The position numbers and the translations under genes were made by a program. The notes beneath the pieces were generated by a model, which did not search any database, had not been told where the DNA came from, and saw only the letters and a list, made by a program, of their open reading frames with translations. A stretch of 64,000 nt of DNA, from NCBI GenBank assembly GCA_963851265.1, contig CAWKNZ010000002.1, positions 1,408,001 through 1,472,000 on the forward strand. Direction: 5' to 3'. This document shows positions 57,247 to 64,000 of the stretch, in pieces. The stretch's first letter is position 1; the number at the start of each line of letters is the position of its first letter. This DNA comes from an uncultured Gemmatimonadales bacterium. Its GTDB lineage: Bacteria > Gemmatimonadota > Gemmatimonadetes > Gemmatimonadales > Gemmatimonadaceae.

Positions 57247-58251
57247 TCACGGGCTCGGCACGCGCGCGAGCACGCGCGCGACCACGTCGTCGCTCGTCAC
57301 CTGCTCCGCGTCCGCCTCGAACGACGTGAGCACGCGGTGGCGCAGCACGTCGGGCGCGATCGCCTTCACGTCGTCGGGCGTCACGTACGCGCGCCCGCGC
57401 AGGAACGCGTGGGCGCGCGACGCCTGCGCGAGCGCGATCGTCGCGCGCGGACTCGCGCCGAACTGGATGAGCACCGCGAGGTCCGCGAGCCCCGCCTCCT
57501 TGGGCGCGCGCGTCGCGTGCACGAGGTCGACGATGTAGTCGACGATCCGCTCGTCCATGTACAGCTGCGCGATGCGCTTGCGCGCCTCCATGATCTGCGT
57601 CGGTCCGGCCACGGCGCTCACGTCGATCGGCGCACCGCCCGCCATCCGCCGCATGATCTCGCGCTCCTCGTCGCGCGTCGGGTAGCCCACGCGCAACTTC
57701 AGCATGAAGCGGTCGAGCTGCGCCTCGGGGAGCGGGTACGTACCCTCCTGCTCGATCGGGTTCTGCGTCGCGAGCACGAGGAACGGCTCGACGAGCGGGT
57801 ACGTCTCGCCGCCGATCGTCACCTGCTTTTCCTGCATCGCCTCGAGCAGCGCCGACTGCACCTTCGCCGGCGCGCGGTTGATCTCGTCGGCGAGCACCAC
57901 GTTGGCGAACACGGGGCCCTTCTTCACCGAAAATCGCCCGGTGCTCTGATCGAACACCTGCGTTCCGACCACGTCCGCGGGGAGCAGGTCGGGGGTGAAC
58001 TGGATGCGCTGGAACGACGTGTGGATCGTCTCGGCGAGCGTGCGCACGGTGAGCGTCTTCGCGAGCCCCGGCACGCCTTCGAGCAACACGTGGCCGCCGG
58101 TCAGCAGGCCGATCAGCAATCGCTCGACCATGTAGTCCTGACCCACGACCCGGCGCCCGACCTCTCGCATCACCCGCTCGACCAGCGCGGCATCCGCCGT
58201 CGGCGCTTCGGTCCGTGCGCCGTCGCGCTCCCGCAAGGCCCCTATCCCCAC
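57247..58251 (-). CDS. MoxR-family AAA+ ATPase; start uncertain
   Basis: GHVLLEGVPGLAKT, RIQFTPDLLPAD, LADEINRAPAKVQSALLEAMQE, ATQNPIEQEGTYPLPEAQLDRF, GASPR. Confidence 0.96.
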   Translation of the reverse strand: MGIGALRERDGARTEAPTADAALVERVMREVGRRVVGQDYMVERLLIGLLTGGHVLLEGVPGLAKTLTVRTLAETIHTSFQRIQFTPDLLPADVVGTQVFDQSTGRFSVKKGPVFANVVLADEINRAPAKVQSALLEAMQEKQVTIGGETYPLVEPFLVLATQNPIEQEGTYPLPEAQLDRFMLKLRVGYPTRDEEREIMRRMAGGAPIDVSAVAGPTQIMEARKRIAQLYMDERIVDYIVDLVHATRAPKEAGLADLAVLIQFGASPRATIALAQASRAHAFLRGRAYVTPDDVKAIAPDVLRHRVLTSFEADAEQVTSDDVVARVLARVPSP

Positions 58252-58382
58252 GTGTCGACTCCCGATCTGATGGTGTGACCGCGTCCGCATGCCGACGCCG
58301 TCGAACGCGCGACCAGCTGTAGCGCGTGTACCCCCACACGCGGGCCCGGTTCGGAACGCTGCCGGCCCCCCCCCGCGTGCGT

Positions 58383-59306
58383 TCAGTCGTCCGCGAACCG
58401 CGTATCGCGCGGCACGGCAGGCATGCGGGCCAGCGCGTCGAGCGCGCGCAACTCGGTCGCGGTGAGTGGGCGCGCCTGCCCCACCGGGAGGTCGCCGATC
58501 CGGATCGGGCCGAACGAGATGCGCACGAGCCGCTCCACCTCGAGACCGAGCACCTCGCACACGCGCCGCACCTCGCGCGTGCGCCCCTCGGTGAGCGTGA
58601 TCTCGAATTCCCAGCGCCGGCCGCCGAGCGCGTACGCGTCGGCGCTGACGGCGCGCACCATCCCATCCTCGAGTTCGACGCCCTGGCGCACCGCGCGCAC
58701 GGCCGCCGGCGCGTTCCCGCGCACGAGTGCGACGTAGGTGCGCTCGACCTCGCGGCTCGGGTGCGTGAGTTTGTGCGCCGCTTCGCCGTCGGTGGTCAAC
58801 AGGAGCACGCCCTCCGTCATGAGATCGAGGCGGCCGACGTACGTCAGACCGGGCCGCTTCGGCACGAGGTCGAACACGGTGCGGCGCCCTTCGGGGTCGT
58901 CGCGCGTGGTCATGACGCCAGCCGGTTTGTGGAGCACGAACCACTCGGCCGCGACCGGCGCCGCCACGGGCGCACCGTCGAGGAGCACCCGATCGCGCGC
59001 CGGATCCACCGTCTGCCCGAGCACCGCTACGGTTCCGTTCACCGTCACCCGGCCAGCCGTGATCATCTCCTCGGCGGCGCGACGCGACGCCACGCCCGCG
59101 CGCGCGAGCGCGCGTTGCAGCCGCATCGGCCCGACCGCGACCGGACGCCCGGGCGCGGCCGGCCGCGCGCTCTTTTTCTGTGCGGGCCGGCCCGCCGGCG
59201 CGCGGGGCGCCGATTTGGCCGCCGATTTTGGGGCGGGCGGACTGCCGCTCGCGCGCGCGGGCCGGCCGCGGGGCGCGTCGGCGCGGCGGGGTCGATCGTT
59301 GGGCAT
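58383..59306 (-). CDS. rluB: rRNA pseudouridine synthase (RluB/RsuA family)
   Basis: S4 domain RLQRALARAGVASRR, HKPAG, VGRLD, LTHP, EGRTREVRR; follows scpB. Confidence 0.9.
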   Translation of the reverse strand: MPNDRPRRADAPRGRPARASGSPPAPKSAAKSAPRAPAGRPAQKKSARPAAPGRPVAVGPMRLQRALARAGVASRRAAEEMITAGRVTVNGTVAVLGQTVDPARDRVLLDGAPVAAPVAAEWFVLHKPAGVMTTRDDPEGRRTVFDLVPKRPGLTYVGRLDLMTEGVLLLTTDGEAAHKLTHPSREVERTYVALVRGNAPAAVRAVRQGVELEDGMVRAVSADAYALGGRRWEFEITLTEGRTREVRRVCEVLGLEVERLVRISFGPIRIGDLPVGQARPLTATELRALDALARMPAVPRDTRFADD

Positions 59307-59345
59307 CGGATGCGGACGGGTGAGGATCAGGCCAGGTCGGCGGCG

Positions 59346-59894
59346 TCAGAGCGCGGCCGGATTGGCACGCAGGGCAACCGCGAGTTCGTCGGCGCGCGGC
59401 AACTCCTGGAGGTGCCGGAGCGCGAACTGCTCGAGGAAACGCGACGTCGTACCATACAACAACGGGCGGCCGAGTCCCTCCGCGCGCCCGACCACGTCGA
59501 CCAGCCCGCGCTCCAACAGGGTTTTGAGCACTCCGCCGACCGCGACGCCGCGAATCTCCTCGACCTCCGCGCGCCCGATCGGCTGGCGGTAGGCGATCAC
59601 GGCGAGCGTCTCGAGGGCCGCAGCCGTCAGCCGTGGCGGCCGTTCGGCGATCTGCGCGCGTTCGATCGCCTCGGCGTATTCGGCGCGCGTGAGGAGCTGC
59701 CACCCGCCTCCCTGCTCGACGAGTTCCACCGCGTGGCCGCCGTCGAGATCGTCGTAGTGCGCGCGCAGCTCGTCGAGCGCGCGCACCACTTCGTCCGCGC
59801 CCGCCGCCGGATCGAGTCGCGCGAGGTCGGCCGTCGAGACGGGACGCAGCGCGGCGAACAGCGCGGCCTCAAGCAGCTTCGCGAGCGGCGTCAT
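59346..59894 (-). CDS. scpB: SMC-Scp complex subunit ScpB
   Basis: LEAALFA, LETLAVIAYRQPI, EIRGV, GRPLLYGTT..FLEQF. Confidence 0.96.
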   Translation of the reverse strand: MTPLAKLLEAALFAALRPVSTADLARLDPAAGADEVVRALDELRAHYDDLDGGHAVELVEQGGGWQLLTRAEYAEAIERAQIAERPPRLTAAALETLAVIAYRQPIGRAEVEEIRGVAVGGVLKTLLERGLVDVVGRAEGLGRPLLYGTTSRFLEQFALRHLQELPRADELAVALRANPAAL

Positions 59895-60654
59895 CGGGTT
59901 CCCGTACGGCGCGGGCGATGCTCACGTCAGCGAACGCGTCCGCCTGCGCGAGTCGGAGTTCGCCGAGCTTGGCCAGTTCGAGGAGGGCGAGGAGGGCGCT
60001 CAACACGCGCCACGGTTCGGCGTCGGGGGCCATCACGTCGCGCCAGCGAGCCGACGCGCGGCGCGCGAGAAGCGCCCGCACGTCCCCGATCGCGCCGGCG
60101 ACGTCGAGCGCGCGCGGAACGACGTCGTGCACCGTCGGCCGCCGGACGGCGTGCAACACGCGATCGACGCTGCCCAACAGTTCGCCGAGCGAGAGGGCGA
60201 GCGGGACAGGCGGGCGTTCGACAGTCGCGCCGTCGTCGCGAGCGAAGACTGCCCCGCGACCGAAGCGGTCGCGGCGCGTTTCGGCCAGACGGTCGAGGTG
60301 CTCGACGACCTCCCGCACCTGCTGATACTCGAGCAGGCGCCGCACGAGTTCGGCCCGCGGGTCTTCCCACACCTCGTCGGCGCCCCCCGGCCGCGGCAGG
60401 AGGAGCTGTGCCTTGATGCGCACCAGGCGTGCGGCCATGTCGAGGTAGTCGGCCGCGTCGTCGAGGCCCATCGCGTGCACGCGCGCGAGAAACTGCTGCG
60501 CGACCCGGGCGATCGGGATGTCGTACACGTCGAGCTGCTCGTCGCGGATGAGCGTGAGCAGCAGGTCGAGCGGCCCCGAAAAGGCTGGCAGTTCGACGAC
60601 GAACGTGGCCGCGTCGAGCGTCGCGTCCGCGGCCGGCGCCTCGGCTACCGCCAC
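59869..60654 (-). CDS. scpA: Segregation/condensation protein ScpA; start uncertain
   Basis: FSGPLDLLLTLI, DIPIA, MAARLVRIKAQLLLP, DPRAELVRRLLEY, LALLEL. Confidence 0.95.
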   Translation of the reverse strand: MAVAEAPAADATLDAATFVVELPAFSGPLDLLLTLIRDEQLDVYDIPIARVAQQFLARVHAMGLDDAADYLDMAARLVRIKAQLLLPRPGGADEVWEDPRAELVRRLLEYQQVREVVEHLDRLAETRRDRFGRGAVFARDDGATVERPPVPLALSLGELLGSVDRVLHAVRRPTVHDVVPRALDVAGAIGDVRALLARRASARWRDVMAPDAEPWRVLSALLALLELAKLGELRLAQADAFADVSIARAVREPDDAAREAA

Positions 60655-60658
60655 CCGG

Positions 60659-61339
60659 TCACCGCCAGGTCGCGGCAAGCAGGAACGGCCCGACCGCGTG
60701 TTCGGCGAGCCCGGCCAGCGCCGCCGCCGGCGTCAGCCACGCGTCGATGACCGGCTCCGCGAACCAGAAGATCGCCATGAGCAGGAGCAGCCCGAAGCGC
60801 CCGGCGCGCTCGTACTGGATCGCCCACGCGGGAGGGAGCAGGTACTTGGCGACGTGCGACCCGTCGAGCGGCGGGATCGGCAGCAGATTGAACGCGGTCA
60901 GTATCAGGTTGATGCCGACGCCGTTGATCATCATGTGCTGCAGGATCGAGCACGTCGGCGCCGCGGCGGGCACCGCGCCGCCCAGCAGTCCGAGCGGCAC
61001 GATGAGGATGGCGCAGACGATCGCGATGGCGACGTTCGTCGTGACGCCCGCGAGCGAGACGATGATGTCGCCGCGCTTGTAGTTGCGGTAGTTTCGCGGG
61101 TCCACGGGCACCGGCTTGGCCCCGCCGAACAGGAACGGCGCGTGCGCGATGATGAGCAGCACGGGAAGCAGCACCGTCATGAACGGATCGATGTGCGGCA
61201 GCGGGTTCCACGTCAGCCGGCCGAGGTTCTTGGCCGTCGGATCGCCCTGGCGCAGCGCCGCGTAGCCGTGCGCGATCTCGTGCGCGATCACCGAGAACAG
61301 CAGCACCGGGGCGACGAGCAGGAGCGAGTTGAAATCCAC
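60659..61339 (-). CDS. Site-2 protease (M50) family membrane metalloprotease
   Basis: HEIAHG, GDPTAK..GRLTWNP..HIDP, AKPVPV, FNLLPIPPLDGS. Confidence 0.94.
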   Translation of the reverse strand: MDFNSLLLVAPVLLFSVIAHEIAHGYAALRQGDPTAKNLGRLTWNPLPHIDPFMTVLLPVLLIIAHAPFLFGGAKPVPVDPRNYRNYKRGDIIVSLAGVTTNVAIAIVCAILIVPLGLLGGAVPAAAPTCSILQHMMINGVGINLILTAFNLLPIPPLDGSHVAKYLLPPAWAIQYERAGRFGLLLLMAIFWFAEPVIDAWLTPAAALAGLAEHAVGPFLLAATWR

Positions 61340-61460
61340 CGGTGGCCTGGAGCAGCGGGACGACGGACGAAGTCGGCCGGGCACGGCGCACGGCCCCGAA
61401 GCTTACTGCGCCCACGCGTGCGCGTCAAAGCGGTGGAACGCGACAAGTCCATGTCCCGCC

Positions 61461-61489
61461 TTGACATGGGCGCCTTTGGCGGGTAACCT
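61461..61489 (+). promoter_or_regulatory. sigma70-type rpsT promoter
   Basis: TTGACA-N17-TAACCT. Confidence 0.75.
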
Positions 61490-61589
61490 GCGCGACTCAC
61501 TTGCGCTGCCGCGCCGTGCGCGAAGCGCGCGCATCCGGACCGGTTCGCCGGCCGCATTCGTTCTCCGCAGACTCAGCTCCAAATCGATC

Positions 61590-61865
61590 GTGCCGAACAT
61601 CGCATCCGCCAAGAAGAACATGCGGAAGTCGCGCGCCGCGGCGGTGCGCAACCGCGCGCAGCGCTCGGCGCTCCGCACCGCGCTCAAGAAGGCCCGCGCC
61701 GAAACCGCCCCGACCGACACGGTCACCACGGCCGTAAGCCTGCTCGACCGCGCCGCGCGTAAGGGCCTCATCCACCGCAACAAGGCGGCGCGCCACAAGT
61801 CACAGCTCGCCCGCAAGGCCAACGCGCAGACGGCTGCCGCGAATCAACAGACCGCCACGGTCTGA
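61590..61865 (+). CDS. rpsT: 30S ribosomal protein S20
   Basis: PNIASAKK, RNRAQRSALRT, LDRAARKGLIHRNKAARHKS. Confidence 0.97.
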   Translation: MPNIASAKKNMRKSRAAAVRNRAQRSALRTALKKARAETAPTDTVTTAVSLLDRAARKGLIHRNKAARHKSQLARKANAQTAAANQQTATV

Positions 61866-61892
61866 CGCGTCGCGCCTAACGCGTCGCGCGAC

Positions 61893-61926
61893 GAGGCCCG
61901 GCCCCGATACCTCGGGGCCGGGCCTC
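61893..61926. terminator. Hairpin between convergent genes (probable bidirectional terminator)
   Basis: GAGGCCCGGCCCCGA-TACC-TCGGGGCCGGGCCTC, 15-bp perfect stem. Confidence 0.8.
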
Positions 61927-61969
61927 TCTCGTTCGGGCTGTCTCCGGTTCGTGCCGCGTCAGGGCGCGG

Positions 61970-62851
61970 TCAGAGCGCGGCGAGCTCGCCGCCGCACTTC
62001 TCGCAGTACCACTCCGTCGGGTAGTTGAGCGCACCGCAGTCCTGGCAGCGCAGCGTCTTTTCCTGCCCCGCCGCGGCCGGCTCCGGCGACTGCGGCCGCC
62101 CGCCGCCGAGCCCGTAGCTTCCCGGCGCGCCCGTACGGATCGCGTCCGTGAACGCCGGCGTGAGCGATGGCTGGCGATCGCCGAGCGCCACGCGGGCCGC
62201 GTCCACGGCCCCGTGGTCGAACGCGCCGCCTTCCGAGCCGACGGGCTCGGAAGGCGGCGCTGCAGCCGACGCAGCGTGAGCCGCCGAGTCTGTCTCGGTA
62301 CCGTCGGACGACGCGGCGGGCTCCGCGGCCGCGTGGCCGGCCGCCTCGGGCGCGTCGGACGTAGCCGGCGCGGTGACCGCCGGGGGTGGACTCACGCGCG
62401 TGACCAATCCGCGCACATCCGCGAGCGCGGCGGCCGCGCCGCCGAGCTCACGCTCGAGCGCCGCGATCGCCTGTGCGGCGCCGCTTCGCCGCTGCTCCCC
62501 TTCATCTGCGGGGTACTCGCCGACCAGCGTACGCAGCTCGATCTCCGCGAGTCCGTCGCGCTCCTCGCCGAGTCGCTGCTCGACGGCCTGGTGCTGCTGC
62601 GTGAGCGCGTCCTCGTGGGCGCGCAGTGGGGCCACGTGCGCGGCGAGCTGCGACGTCACCCGGTCCAGGCGCCCGGCGTAATCCTGCCGCACGCGGTCCA
62701 GCACGTGCGCGGGCGTCATCGCTCGGCGGCCGTCGAGCGCTTGCAGCCAGCCCTCGTAGCGGGTCCGCTCGTCGACCAGCGTGCGGATGTCGTCGAGCGG
62801 AAGGGCGGCGGAGTCTTGGTGGGGGTGGTCGGGCGCGTAGCCGGTGGTCAT
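61970..62851 (-). CDS. Hypothetical coiled-coil protein with C-terminal Zn ribbon
   Basis: Helical N-terminal half, low-complexity linker, CQDC-x10-CEKC at the C-terminus. Confidence 0.75.
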   Translation of the reverse strand: MTTGYAPDHPHQDSAALPLDDIRTLVDERTRYEGWLQALDGRRAMTPAHVLDRVRQDYAGRLDRVTSQLAAHVAPLRAHEDALTQQHQAVEQRLGEERDGLAEIELRTLVGEYPADEGEQRRSGAAQAIAALERELGGAAAALADVRGLVTRVSPPPAVTAPATSDAPEAAGHAAAEPAASSDGTETDSAAHAASAAAPPSEPVGSEGGAFDHGAVDAARVALGDRQPSLTPAFTDAIRTGAPGSYGLGGGRPQSPEPAAAGQEKTLRCQDCGALNYPTEWYCEKCGGELAAL

Positions 62852-62948
62852 GCGGAGCGTCGTCAACGAAATGGGACCGGTCGCGCACCGGCGCACGAGC
62901 ACGCGGCCGGTCGGAAGCGGGACCGTGGGGAGCGAGTAAGCTACCCGA

Positions 62949-64000
62949 TCACGACGCCGGCGTGCGCCCGTCGTGCACGAGCCGGCCGCCGACGACGGTC
63001 GCTATCGCGCGCCCCTGCAGCGTCTGACCCGCGTACGGCGTGTTGCGCCCCTTCGACCGGAACTGCGCAGGGTCGACGGTCCATCGCCGTTCGGGATCGA
63101 ACACCGTGACGTCGGCCGCGGACCCGCGGCGAAGCGTGCCCCCGGGCAAGCCGAACACGCGTGCCGGCGCGCACGCCATCCGGTCGACGAGCTGCCCGTA
63201 CGTGAGAATCCCGGGCGCCACGAGCCACGTGACGAGCACGCCGAGTGCGGTCTCGAGGCCGACGATGCCGTTGGGCGCGTCGGCGAACTCGCGCTCCTTC
63301 TCGTCGTAGTGGTGCGGCGCGTGATCGGTCGCGACGACGTCGATCGTGCCGTCGCGCACCGCCTCCTGGAGCGCGGCGACGTCGGCCGCGGTGCGGAGCG
63401 GCGGGTTCATCTTCGCGTTCGTCTGGTAGCCCTCGACCGCCTCCTCGGTGAGCGAGAGGTGGTGCGGGCAGACCTCGGCCGTGACGCGGATGCCGCGCTC
63501 CTTTCCCCACCGGATGAGCTCGACCGATCCGGCGGTGCTCATGTGGCAGAGGTGCACGTGGCCGCCGGTGCGACGCGCCAGCAGGATGTCACGGATCGCC
63601 ATGATCTCCTCAGCCTCGCTCGGGATGCCGCGCAGGCCGAGGCGCATCGAGACCACGCCCTCGTTCATCGCGCCGCCCTGGGCGAGGGTGGGCTCCTCGC
63701 AGTGGTCCGCGACCGGGATGCCGAACGTGCGCGCGTACTCGAGCGCGGTGCGCATGATGTGCGCACTCACCACCGGCTTGCCGTCGTCGCTCACCGCGAC
63801 CGCGCCCGCGCCCACCATCTCGCCGAACTCCGCCAGGGTCTCGCCGCGTTCGCCTAACGTGATCGCGCCGATGGGGTACACGCGTGCGGCTCCCGCGCGC
63901 TGTGCCTGGCGCACGATGAACCCGACGGCGGCCTGGTTGTCGGTCACCGGGTCGGTGTTGGGCATCGCGCAGACCGCGGTGAACCCGCCCGCGGCCGCGG
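62949..64000 (-). CDS. pyrC: Dihydroorotase (5' part outside window)
   Basis: GGFTAVCAMPNTDP, SDDG, HCE, HLCHMST, EVCPHHL, KMNPPLR, ATDHAPH, GIVGLET. Confidence 0.96.
   Translation of the reverse strand, partial: AAAGGFTAVCAMPNTDPVTDNQAAVGFIVRQAQRAGAARVYPIGAITLGERGETLAEFGEMVGAGAVAVSDDGKPVVSAHIMRTALEYARTFGIPVADHCEEPTLAQGGAMNEGVVSMRLGLRGIPSEAEEIMAIRDILLARRTGGHVHLCHMSTAGSVELIRWGKERGIRVTAEVCPHHLSLTEEAVEGYQTNAKMNPPLRTAADVAALQEAVRDGTIDVVATDHAPHHYDEKEREFADAPNGIVGLETALGVLVTWLVAPGILTYGQLVDRMACAPARVFGLPGGTLRRGSAADVTVFDPERRWTVDPAQFRSKGRNTPYAGQTLQGRAIATVVGGRLVHDGRTPAS

Overview
GC-rich (roughly 70-75% by eye) core-genome segment of a bacterium whose 16S sequence and gene content point to Gemmatimonadota (Gemmatimonadaceae-like; inferred from recognition, not a database search). 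Most genes are on the minus strand. Contents from left to right: a 16S-23S-5S rRNA operon with no tRNAs in the spacer; tRNA-Lys, -Arg and -Pro; rdgB-rph-rfaE2-lptE; lpxH; murI; ridA; tatD; secDF; the rimP-nusA-L7Ae-infB-rbfA-truB-ribF operon; pgeF-murA; a DUF948/YtxH-like/Zn-phospholipase cluster; gatCAB; pcrA; serS; a roadblock/receiver/sugar-nucleotidyltransferase/MBL operon; beta-carbonic anhydrase; CIRCE-controlled groESL; birA; uppP; bshA-miaA-mutL; a MoxR/Bat operon with two gene fusions; rluB-scpBA-site-2 protease; rpsT; a coiled-coil/Zn-ribbon protein; and partial pyrC. I saw no mobile elements, CRISPR arrays or defence genes. The most unusual signal is a dispersed non-palindromic octamer, CGTTAGGC/GCCTAACG, with 13 exact copies found by eye. 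It occurs inside housekeeping genes (forcing the rare TTA codon), at stop codons and between genes, which suggests an uncharacterised genome-wide DNA motif system. Also notable are several apparently leaderless genes, a Cys-to-Asp (fosfomycin-insensitive type) MurA, and a 29-bp quasi-palindrome upstream of the rrn and groES promoters.
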